Of a stretch of 64,000 nt of DNA, positions 15,213 to 23,548 are shown piece after piece. The position numbers and the translations under genes were made by a program. Below the pieces are notes generated by a model, which saw only the letters and a list, made by a program, of their open reading frames with translations, did no database searches and was not told where the DNA came from. The first letter of the stretch is position 1, and the number at the start of each line of letters is the position of its first letter. The stretch comes from a virus. The stretch covers positions 1-64,000 of the IMG/VR virus record IMGVR_UViG_3300036846_000488; one strand, written 5' to 3'.

Positions 15213-17077
15213 CGCTTCCCCTTCGGTGGGGGCTTCTTCGCGGTCTTCTTCGATGCTCCTACGGACCTGGCCGGCGGCTTCGCGAACCGCTGCTTGTCCT
15301 TCAGCTGCTGGGCGGTCAGCTTGGCGTTCGTGGCAGCGGAGCGGTCCTTCAGCCGCATCTGCTCCTTGGTCCGCTTGTGATCTCGGTTGGCCATCGTGTC
15401 CTGCAGGCGCATCTTCTCCTTCTCGCGCCCGTGCTGGGACTGAGCCACCTTCTCCTGCTGCTGCATCATCTGCAGCTGGCGACCATGCTCCTTGTCGGCG
15501 TTCGGGTCCTCAGGCGGCGGCTGGTTGGCCAGCTGCTGCTGCTGAGCCTGCATCTGCAGGTCCTGCTCCTGGGTGGCCGGGTGCGGAGTCTGGGCGTGCA
15601 TCTCGGCCTGCTCCGGGGTCATCCCCTGCGCCGTCATGTCGGCCTTCTGCTTCAGCCCGAGCAGCTCCATCTGGCCCTGCCCGTACTCCATGGCCTGCTG
15701 CTGCTCCAGCATCACCTTCTTGTAGTCCACGTCCTCGTCGGTCATCTCCGGGAGGCGAGCGATCTCGCGGATGTACTTCTCCAGCTCCGGGTCCGGGAAC
15801 CACTGCATGCCGGCACCAGCGGTCGCCGAGATGAAGGCAGCCAGCTGGTCCAGGGCCGGCGGATCCACATTGGTGGGCTCGAACCTGGGCAGCTCGTCCA
15901 GCTTCCAGCCGTTCACCGCGAACAGCCGGGGCACCGCGTATCGGTTCAGGGTGTCCGCGATGGACTTGGTGATCGCGTTCAGAGCAGCCCGGAAGATGCC
16001 GGTCTTGTCGGTGTGCAGGGAGTAGGAGCCGGTGTCCTGGTGTCCGACCAGGATGAAGTCGGCCAGCACGCTCATCAGGATCCGCTGCTCGTAGCGCTGG
16101 ATGATGCTGTTGGTGTCGAACTGCCGGGTGCCACCGGAACTCATCAACTCGAAGTCGAACAGCGGCTGCTTGGTGTCCGGGTCGTACTGGGTGGGCAGCA
16201 CCAGGCCCTCGTTCTCATCCCGCCTGACCCCGCGGACCATCTTCCGGAAGGCGTCCACGGTCTTCGCCTGCGGGGTGCCCTTGGCCGCAGTCAGGTAATC
16301 GGCAGGTACCCGACCCACCGGCATACCCGCCAGGTCACGCTCGACACCGATCGCCTCGAACTCCTCCAGCCGCTTCTTGAAGTACCAGGACCGGTAGGAG
16401 CTGCGGAGCAGGCTCAGACCCTCGGGGTTGCCCTTGGCGATGGAGGTTCGGAACAGGATGCTCTTCTCGATCGGGATCACCGTGGTGGCGTACCGGGGAG
16501 GTGCCATCTGCACCATCGCCCGGATCCCGCCGGTCTCGTCGAAGGACCAGCGCAGCATCGTCTCCTGCGCGCGGATCGGCATCTTCCGCCAGCCGATCTT
16601 GCCGTCCGTGTACTTCGAGCGCTTCTTGGGATTCTTCTCCCAGGGACCGACCCGCTTCTTGTAGACGATCTCGTGCCAGGACCAGCCGAAGGTGATCATC
16701 GAGAGGATCTCGCCGATCAGGTCGTCCCAGCTGTGGGACATGTCCTCCATGCAGGATTCGAGGAACTCCTGGGCCTCATCACCGTCCGTGCCTGAGTCTG
16801 CCGGCAGCACCTTCCACTCCACCTCGCGGAGCAGCTTGTCGATGCTGAACAGCAGCGCCCCGACCATCGAGTCGTTGGACGCCATCTCCCGGTAGACCCG
16901 GACCGCCTTGCGGCCACGCAGCGCCGGCAGGAACTCCTCGTCGATGTAGCCGGAGACCCGCTTGAGTCCGGTGACACCGAGCTCCTCCATCGGACCCGAC
17001 CGCTGCGGGACCTCATCGCCGGCGTTGTCCTCGTCCCAGGTGGAGATGTCACCCTGAGGGAGCCGCACGTCTGCCAT
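15209..17077 (-). CDS. portal protein (Mu gp29/DUF935-like) with Gln-rich and basic C-terminal extension
   Basis: Follows TerL; FGWSWHEIVY, NPEGLSLLR..Y..W..K, IGVERDLAGMP motifs. Confidence 0.85.
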   Translation of the reverse strand: MADVRLPQGDISTWDEDNAGDEVPQRSGPMEELGVTGLKRVSGYIDEEFLPALRGRKAVRVYREMASNDSMVGALLFSIDKLLREVEWKVLPADSGTDGDEAQEFLESCMEDMSHSWDDLIGEILSMITFGWSWHEIVYKKRVGPWEKNPKKRSKYTDGKIGWRKMPIRAQETMLRWSFDETGGIRAMVQMAPPRYATTVIPIEKSILFRTSIAKGNPEGLSLLRSSYRSWYFKKRLEEFEAIGVERDLAGMPVGRVPADYLTAAKGTPQAKTVDAFRKMVRGVRRDENEGLVLPTQYDPDTKQPLFDFELMSSGGTRQFDTNSIIQRYEQRILMSVLADFILVGHQDTGSYSLHTDKTGIFRAALNAITKSIADTLNRYAVPRLFAVNGWKLDELPRFEPTNVDPPALDQLAAFISATAGAGMQWFPDPELEKYIREIARLPEMTDEDVDYKKVMLEQQQAMEYGQGQMELLGLKQKADMTAQGMTPEQAEMHAQTPHPATQEQDLQMQAQQQQLANQPPPEDPNADKEHGRQLQMMQQQEKVAQSQHGREKEKMRLQDTMANRDHKRTKEQMRLKDRSAATNAKLTAQQLKDKQRFAKPPARSVGASKKTAKKPPPKGKR

Positions 17078-17103
17078 GTCTCCAGTCTCCCGTCATAGGC
17101 CAC

Positions 17104-18606
17104 TCACACCATAAGGTCTAGGTCCTCCGAGACCTGGAGAGACTTGTTCTCGACGCTGCCCACCGTCCAGTTCCCCGGCTTCCGCTTCGCGTCGTTGTTC
17201 TGGCGCATCTCCTCCTCGATCCAGGTCGGACCGTGGTCACCGACCACCACCAGCGGCTGGGCTGGAATCGCCCGCTTGGAGACCAGCCGGTAGCACAGCG
17301 CCATCGAGCAGATCTCGTCCGGGAGGTGGAACTCCTTCCCGCGCGCATAGAGCATGTCCACCGAGGCGTACAGGTGGTTCTTGTAGAAGACCGGCACCCG
17401 CGGGGCCTTCCAGCGGTCGTTCTCGATCGAGCTCACGTACTCACTCAGCATGTTGTCCCGCTGGGCCCCGGTCATCAGGAAGCCCCGAGCCCGCCGGTCG
17501 ATGTAGTCCGCGACCACCGCGCCCAGCCCGGTGGCGTCGTGGATGCCCTCGGCGTTGTACTCCTTCATCAGCTTGTTGAACTCCCCGATCATCACCGGGT
17601 AGGGCAGCCGGCGCATCCGAGACCAGTGCACCACCCGGCACGGGAACCGGGTCACGTCAGCGACCGTGATCACCGTCCAGTCCTGCTCCTTGGCCCAGTC
17701 CGCACCGATCACGTACTCCCGGTCCTGCAGCGAGTTCTCGAACCGGTAGACCTGACGTTCCTTGCTCACGCTCTCTCGGATGCTCTCCTCGGGCAGATCG
17801 AACATCCGCTCCACCGCTGCCGAGTCGATGGCACGAGAGCCGATGCTGGGCTCACCCAGGTCGTACTCCACCCGCCACATCTCGGCGGGGATCTCCCGGC
17901 GCTTCTGGTCGATGGTCTCCTGGTCCAACCAGCCGTCGATCTCGTTACTGGTGTCCTTGTAGCACCAGGTGTAGATCGGCAGGTTCTCCTCCTGGAACCG
18001 CAGGTACTCGTGCGCGAAGGTCTTGTCCGGGTACTGCCAGGTCGAGCTCATCGCAGTCATCGGGCGCACGATGTCGCCCTTCCAGTTCTTCTGGGGCATC
18101 GGCTGGCCCTTGGCCGCGTCGAAGATGGCCTGGTCCATCTCGTCGATCTCATCCAGCAGCAGGGTCGGCGGGTGCGGGCCACGGACCGTCTTCTGGGAGG
18201 CCGTGAGCGGCATGATCGTGGCCCGGTTGGTGAGCTTGATCCGGGTCGCCGACTCCTCCTTGACCAGATAGGAGGGAGCGTTGCTGTGCTCCCAGGCGTC
18301 CCGGATGGTGTTGTGAATGTTGATCGACTGGTTCAGCGAGCCACCGACGATGTTCACATCCGAGCCGGTGATCGCGGCCTTGGTCAGGCCCAGGATGGAG
18401 AGCAGCCGGGACTTCCCGGACAGACCACGAGAGCCGTGGATCAGGATCTGTGGCTCGCGGTTGAAGTAGGCGGTGGCGAAGGCGTCGAACGGAGCGTCGT
18501 GGTCTGAGCAGACCTTGTACCGGGGGATCGTCAAGCCCCAGAGGGCCTTGACTACCTCGTACAGCTCGTCATCCGAACGCGGCGCGCGACCCAGGATGAT
18601 GCTCAC
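17104..18606 (-). CDS. terL: terminase large subunit
   Basis: Walker A GSRGLSGKS, Walker B LLLDEID, RNase H-like IGADWA..DWT and C-terminal PDEICS. Confidence 0.9.
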   Translation of the reverse strand: MSIILGRAPRSDDELYEVVKALWGLTIPRYKVCSDHDAPFDAFATAYFNREPQILIHGSRGLSGKSRLLSILGLTKAAITGSDVNIVGGSLNQSINIHNTIRDAWEHSNAPSYLVKEESATRIKLTNRATIMPLTASQKTVRGPHPPTLLLDEIDEMDQAIFDAAKGQPMPQKNWKGDIVRPMTAMSSTWQYPDKTFAHEYLRFQEENLPIYTWCYKDTSNEIDGWLDQETIDQKRREIPAEMWRVEYDLGEPSIGSRAIDSAAVERMFDLPEESIRESVSKERQVYRFENSLQDREYVIGADWAKEQDWTVITVADVTRFPCRVVHWSRMRRLPYPVMIGEFNKLMKEYNAEGIHDATGLGAVVADYIDRRARGFLMTGAQRDNMLSEYVSSIENDRWKAPRVPVFYKNHLYASVDMLYARGKEFHLPDEICSMALCYRLVSKRAIPAQPLVVVGDHGPTWIEEEMRQNNDAKRKPGNWTVGSVENKSLQVSEDLDLMV

Positions 18607-18895
18607 CGATCAGTCCCTTCAGGGTGTAGCCCGCTGCGTTCTGCGGTACCGAGACCTCCCACCAGCCGGCAGGAGTCTCGATCATGTACCGCCACCACAC
18701 CGGATCGGTGTCGGTGGGTGTGACCTGAACACTGAAGCTACCGTCCGGAGCCAGCTGCGTCTCCGGGGCCAAACAGGCCCAGGTGATGCCATCCCGCACC
18801 ACCCAGAGCCTGTGTGGAGTGAACCGGACCAGGCCCTGGACCGGTCGCTCGTTGCGGTGGAGGAGTCTCCCGGTCACAGTGCAGGTCGGTATCAT
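18569..18895 (-). CDS. hypothetical virion-type beta protein
   Basis: G.V.FTP...DGSFSVQV.PTD pattern resembling N-termini of actinophage minor tail proteins. Confidence 0.5.
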   Translation of the reverse strand: MIPTCTVTGRLLHRNERPVQGLVRFTPHRLWVVRDGITWACLAPETQLAPDGSFSVQVTPTDTDPVWWRYMIETPAGWWEVSVPQNAAGYTLKGLIGEHHPGSRAAFG

Positions 18896-18911
18896 GACTA
18901 CATACTATCCG

Positions 18912-19142
18912 CTACACCTGAGGCTCAGCAGGAGGAGCAACCACGGGTGGCGTCTCGTCCGCGTTGCTCTTGGCCGTCACCACTCCGCCGGTCACGATCA
19001 TCGCGACGATCGCAGTCACCCACTCGCTGGCGGTGATCGTGGCGCCACCGTCCGAGTCACTCAGCACCGCCGAGCCGATGATCACCGCACCTGGCACCAG
19101 GAACCCCAGGATGCCCTTCCAGTAGTGCTGCCAGTTCGCCAT
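18912..19142 (-). CDS. holin
   Basis: 76 aa, two hydrophobic helices, immediately after endolysin. Confidence 0.72.
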   Translation of the reverse strand: MANWQHYWKGILGFLVPGAVIIGSAVLSDSDGGATITASEWVTAIVAMIVTGGVVTAKSNADETPPVVAPPAEPQV

Positions 19143-19149
19143 GACTACC

Positions 19150-19695
19150 TCACTTCTGCTGGGCGAGCTTCTCTAGCTCGGCCTTCTTCGCCTGCAGCTG
19201 CTTGACGAAGGCCTTGTCACCGGCGTTGGACTTGATCGCCTTGTCGATGTCCTTGATCGCGTTCAGGATGTTGGTCCGCGGCTTGGCCTTCTTGGCCGTC
19301 TTCTTGGCCGGCGGCTTCGGGTGCGGGATGGTCTGCTCGTTGACATCCCAGGCCCAGCCCCCGTACTTCAGGTGCCAGTTCCGCTCGATCCAGCCCAGGT
19401 CCACCGTCGCCACTCGACCTCGACCACCGGCGTCGGTGGACCGGATCTTCCCGTTCCCCAGGCTCATCGCGATGTGCCCGTAGCCGTGCGTGCCACCGGT
19501 CCAGTAGACCGGAGCACCACGAGGTGGGTTCCGGTTCCCTGGGTGCCGGTCGTTGGTGTTCCGCCAGGCGGTAGCAGCATCCCCGTACCGGGCGTTGGCC
19601 CCACACCAGAGCCGGACCTGCTGCAGGCAGTACCCGGGGTCGTTGGTCCGGTCGTTCTCTGCGTTCCGCGCGCAGGTCTCAGCGGTGTAGACCAT
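19150..19695 (-). CDS. endolysin (CHAP/NlpC-P60-like peptidase)
   Basis: GYCLQQVR (Cys) ... GYGHIAMSLGNG..RSTD (His) ... YGGW; basic C-terminal tail. Confidence 0.78.
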   Translation of the reverse strand: MVYTAETCARNAENDRTNDPGYCLQQVRLWCGANARYGDAATAWRNTNDRHPGNRNPPRGAPVYWTGGTHGYGHIAMSLGNGKIRSTDAGGRGRVATVDLGWIERNWHLKYGGWAWDVNEQTIPHPKPPAKKTAKKAKPRTNILNAIKDIDKAIKSNAGDKAFVKQLQAKKAELEKLAQQK

Positions 19696-19880
19696 CAGTC
19701 GTCCTCCGGGTGCTTGTCTACCTCGGGTCGCTCGGTGCCTTCGCGGTCCTGAGTCTCCCCCGCCACGTACTCGGCGGAGTCATCCGGATCGTTGTCCGGC
19801 TCGTCCACCAGCTCAGGGACTTCCTCATTGGCCTGGACGGCCTCCGTCGAGTCCCCGAGCGGTGACTCACTCACCATCAT
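19695..19880 (-). CDS. small acidic hypothetical protein
   Basis: MMVSESPLG...HPEDD; stop overlaps lysin start; start uncertain. Confidence 0.45.
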   Translation of the reverse strand: MMVSESPLGDSTEAVQANEEVPELVDEPDNDPDDSAEYVAGETQDREGTERPEVDKHPEDD

Positions 19881-20127
19881 CCTCGTCCTCGTCCTGGACC
19901 TCGGTAGAGCGGTCAGCCGGGTTCTGCCAGCCCACTCGGTCGCCCTCCTCGTCGTCGGGGTAGAGCGAGTCCTCCTTGCCGGCTGCCCAAGCAGCTGCAC
20001 GCTCGGCGTCGACCTCACGGTCCGGGTAGATGATCTGACCCGTGATCCCGTTGACCTCATCCACCTCGTCGGCGAGAGGCTCGGTCTCTTCACTGGTGGT
20101 GTTCGGGTTCGTGCTCTTCGTTGCCAT
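19867..20127 (-). CDS. small acidic hypothetical protein
   Basis: MATKSTNP..., SD GAGGA. Confidence 0.5.
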   Translation of the reverse strand: MATKSTNPNTTSEETEPLADEVDEVNGITGQIIYPDREVDAERAAAWAAGKEDSLYPDDEEGDRVGWQNPADRSTEVQDEDEDDGE

Positions 20128-20153
20128 GTCTTCATCCTCACTCGTTGGGCCAG

Positions 20154-21269
20154 TCACTGCATGGTCTCTTCCCAGACCACGTGAATCTCTCCACACCTCA
20201 GGTTCGTACCCACTGCGACCACCTCGGAAAAGTCGTTGGGCGCAGCATCAGCCTTGATCGGGTCCTTCCAGGCCAGGCCCATGCCCTTGATGTCGCTGCT
20301 CATGTTGTCGTAGAAGCTCTCGGGCAGGTCGAACCACGCACCCTGGTTCTTGGCCAGTTGGCCGATCTTGACGACCTCGTTCCGGTCCAGGTCATTCGTG
20401 ACCGGGTTGGGCAGCGTGCTGGCGTTCCCGTACGCAGTCCAGAACAGGTACATGTTGCAGGTGGCCGATCCGGTGTCGTTCGTGCGCTTGATGTAGATCT
20501 GTGCGCTCTTGATGGCGGCTGGCCCCTTCTCCCCGATCGCGTCGGTGATCTGGTTGCCGTAGAAGAAGAGCCCCTGAGAGCGAGGTGACTTCTGCTGAAT
20601 CAGGTCACCGCTCTGGAAGCCAGCAGTTCGCCAGGAGCCACCCGAGTTGGCCTGGAAACGGGCCTCCTTGGTGATCACGTTGGGCATGTCCACGGAGTTC
20701 TTCGGGATGTGGATGCTGGCCGGCGTGGCCGCGCTCCAGTTCCCCGAGTTGTCCAGTGACCAGCCGGTGAAGTAGTAGGTCTCGTCGCCCTTGATGATGG
20801 TGCCGGGAACAGCGTTCCGTGGCCACTGCTTGCTGATCACCAGCGAGGTGTCGTCGTGCCCGCCGTAGTCGTTGTAGCGCCACTCGCTCCAGGGCTCATT
20901 CGGGTAGCTGTCATCCGAGGCCGAGGTGTAGGTACCCCCGAACTGGGTGGTCGGAGGCTTCCCGTTGTACGTGGAGAGCACTCGGGTGAGTCGCGCGTCG
21001 GGATCGTTGGCAGTGCCTGGGATCCGCACTCCGACCTTGATGAAGCGAGTCTTCAGCGTCTTCTGACCCTTGATCGTGTCGAAGTCCTCGGAGACCTGCA
21101 GCGTGATCTCGGGCGGGTTGGGTGGAGTGACATCGGCGTCGTAGGCGTTGACCCAGGTCCCGGACCGCTTGACCCAGGCCTCCTCAGCCACCTGCCAGAC
21201 ACCGCCGCGCTTGACGTACGGCTTCTGACAGAGCGTCCAGACCCCATTGATGTTCTGGTACAGCGCCAC
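20154..21269 (-). CDS. minor tail protein
   Basis: N-terminal YVKRGGVWQ/WVKRSGTW repeats typical of fibre-associated proteins. Confidence 0.6.
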   Translation of the reverse strand: MALYQNINGVWTLCQKPYVKRGGVWQVAEEAWVKRSGTWVNAYDADVTPPNPPEITLQVSEDFDTIKGQKTLKTRFIKVGVRIPGTANDPDARLTRVLSTYNGKPPTTQFGGTYTSASDDSYPNEPWSEWRYNDYGGHDDTSLVISKQWPRNAVPGTIIKGDETYYFTGWSLDNSGNWSAATPASIHIPKNSVDMPNVITKEARFQANSGGSWRTAGFQSGDLIQQKSPRSQGLFFYGNQITDAIGEKGPAAIKSAQIYIKRTNDTGSATCNMYLFWTAYGNASTLPNPVTNDLDRNEVVKIGQLAKNQGAWFDLPESFYDNMSSDIKGMGLAWKDPIKADAAPNDFSEVVAVGTNLRCGEIHVVWEETMQ

Positions 21270-21272
21270 GGC

Positions 21273-21602
21273 TTAGACCTTAAAGTAGATGTCGCCGTTG
21301 GACCCGCCAGTGGGAGCTGCTGAACCAGAGGTGATCGCCGGCACCGGAGGTGGGAACGACACCCAGGCGGACGCGCTGCGGTACCAGAACGAATCAGTGT
21401 CGGTGGTGAAGGCGAACATCCCCTCCTGGACTCCCGCTGCAGAGGTCTTGGCATCACGGTCAGCCGTCGAGGCGTAGACGCCCACCAGCCGCTTCTCGAT
21501 GGCCTTGGCGATGGCCAGCAGGTCGAAAGCGAGGTTAGGATCCTCGTTCGCGTCCGGCACTACACCGTTGATCTGGCCGCCCGGGGTATTCACGTAACCC
21601 AT
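21273..21602 (-). CDS. minor tail/fibre protein
   Basis: YASTADRDA...EGMFAF and SGSAAPTGGSNGDIYF fibre motifs. Confidence 0.6.
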   Translation of the reverse strand: MGYVNTPGGQINGVVPDANEDPNLAFDLLAIAKAIEKRLVGVYASTADRDAKTSAAGVQEGMFAFTTDTDSFWYRSASAWVSFPPPVPAITSGSAAPTGGSNGDIYFKV

Positions 21603-21653
21603 GTCATTCCTCCTCTACTCAGATGGTCTCATCAACGTCACGGCTAGGTCTGC

Positions 21654-22067
21654 TCACTGGAACGCCTGCCACGAGACGGGGATCGCCTGGGCGGTCGCCG
21701 GGTTCGAGCCGTCGCGTCGGACCGCGAAGATCACGACCGACGTGTTGGTGGGTGCCTGGGTGGAGGCGTACACGGCGGTCGGGGCCGCGTTGGCGGTGGC
21801 GACCACGGAGGGAGCGGTGGCGAACAGCCCGGTGGTGAAGGTGACGGTGACGCTCGCAGAGAACGCCGAGGTGGGGATCGTGATGGTCACCGTCCCGGTC
21901 TGCATCACCGGGCCCCCGGCTCCGGTCCCGACCACGGACTCGACGCCGCTGGAGTCCTTGACGTAGACCTTGTTGTCGCTCTTGACGTACAGCAGCGCGT
22001 ACCCGGCAGCGGGGTTGGCCGGGGTGGCCTGCTGCGGCAGCTGCAGCGCAGCTCCGAGGAGGGGCAT
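21654..22067 (-). CDS. fibre-associated protein with H-type-lectin/gp53-like C-terminus
   Basis: Real start MPLLGAAL at 22067 (coupled); QTGTVTI...VTF...FATAPSVVAT...VSWQAF. Confidence 0.6.
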   Translation of the reverse strand: MPLLGAALQLPQQATPANPAAGYALLYVKSDNKVYVKDSSGVESVVGTGAGGPVMQTGTVTITIPTSAFSASVTVTFTTGLFATAPSVVATANAAPTAVYASTQAPTNTSVVIFAVRRDGSNPATAQAIPVSWQAFQ

Positions 22068-23539
22068 CAGTTCCAGTCCTGCCCGGAGACGCTGTAGGAG
22101 AGCGCGCTCGCCGCGTAGTTGATGCCGGACCGCACCTGCACGTCGGTGTAGGCCGCACCCCCGGTTCCCGGGGTCACGCACCGCACATCCAGGTAGATCT
22201 GTTCGAGGGTGGCGGTGACCCAGAGCGTGATGTCGGTGGGATAGGGACTGCCCTTGTAGGTCTGGATCGTCGTCCAGGCTCCCGCGGTCAGCGCCGGGAC
22301 GACCCCTTGGAAGTTCGAGGGCACGGCCAGGTTGTTCCGGGCGGTCTTGGCGTCGGTGCCGTTGGTGCCGCCCTTGGCGATCGGGATCGAGGTCGCGTTC
22401 CAGGAGCCGGTGGCTATCGCGCCCAGGGTGGTGATCGAGGTCTGCCCGGCGTAGGCGGCGTCGATGTCGATGTTGTCCGCGGAGACGCTGATCCGGCTCG
22501 TGGTGCCCTGGGCGTTGATGGTGGTCCCGGTCTGCGTCAGACCGGTGCCGGCGGTGATCGAGCCGGCCCCGGAGAACTGGGTCCAGTTGATCGCGTCGGT
22601 ACCCGGGGCGGGCGGGGTGTCGTTGGTCATCACCCAGCCGGTGTCGGCCTGGACGGTGCCCTGCTCGACGAACACGAACGAGCCCGGGGACAGGTCGTTG
22701 GTGTTGTCGGCGTCGGTGGCCCGGTTCCAGGCACCAGCGGTGTTGGCGATCCAGATGCCGTTGTTCACCGCGTTGGACTGGTTCTTGACCAGCACCCGGT
22801 CGTTGGTGACCACCGCGATCCCGTCCACGGTCTGAGCTCCGGTGGGCACGCCGCCACTGCTCAGACTGGTCGTGGTCGCCAGCTTCACCGAGCCGTGCAG
22901 GTCCAGGCCCTGGGCCACCGTGTCCACGTAGATCTTGTTCGCCGCATCCGTCGCGGACTGCGGATCGGCCATGGTGGTGATCCGCGACCCGTTCATGCTG
23001 AGCGGGCTGGTGGGCGGGTTCATCGCCGTGATCTTGGTATCGCCCGCGAGGGCCTGCTGAGCGCCGAAGCCCAGGGTCCGCATCGAGTAGGTGCCGACTG
23101 CACCGTCCTTGTTCGCGGTCGCGATCTTGGCATCGGTGATCGCCAGCGCCGCCACCACCGGGTTCGGGTAGGTGGACCCGTTCAGGTCTCCGCCGGCAGC
23201 GCCGTTGGGCGCGCGCGAGTCCGAGAGCCGGGAGTCGCTGGTGATCACCGCGGCCACCCCGTTGATGGTGAACCCGGACTGGGCCTTGACCACGGTCGGG
23301 TTCGGGTAGCTGGAGCCCAGGTCCCCGCCCGCAGCACCGGACGGTGGACCGCCCGCGCCGGCGTTGCCCAAGGTGGTCCAGGCACCCGCCAGGTAGACCT
23401 TGATCACATGGGCGGTGGTGTCGTTCCAGAACAGCCCCTCCACCGGTGACGCGGGTGGAGACGCGGTGGCCGCCTGCTCCGGGATCAGCCCCAGGATCGG
23501 GATCCGGCTGGTGTTGATCTGTGCGCCGAAGTTGGGCAT
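22067..23539 (-). CDS. tail fibre protein
   Basis: DAANKIYVD, DRVLVKNQS..NGIW..WNRATDAD, VFVEQGT motifs; GAAGGDL..YPNP repeats. Confidence 0.75.
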   Translation of the reverse strand: MPNFGAQINTSRIPILGLIPEQAATASPPASPVEGLFWNDTTAHVIKVYLAGAWTTLGNAGAGGPPSGAAGGDLGSSYPNPTVVKAQSGFTINGVAAVITSDSRLSDSRAPNGAAGGDLNGSTYPNPVVAALAITDAKIATANKDGAVGTYSMRTLGFGAQQALAGDTKITAMNPPTSPLSMNGSRITTMADPQSATDAANKIYVDTVAQGLDLHGSVKLATTTSLSSGGVPTGAQTVDGIAVVTNDRVLVKNQSNAVNNGIWIANTAGAWNRATDADNTNDLSPGSFVFVEQGTVQADTGWVMTNDTPPAPGTDAINWTQFSGAGSITAGTGLTQTGTTINAQGTTSRISVSADNIDIDAAYAGQTSITTLGAIATGSWNATSIPIAKGGTNGTDAKTARNNLAVPSNFQGVVPALTAGAWTTIQTYKGSPYPTDITLWVTATLEQIYLDVRCVTPGTGGAAYTDVQVRSGINYAASALSYSVSGQDWN

Positions 23540-23548
23540 GAGCGTCTC

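Noticed and set aside
19283-19320. PAKKxAxK motif shared by lysin, EEP and portal tails
   Set aside because: Common low-complexity actinobacterial basic linker; no specific inference
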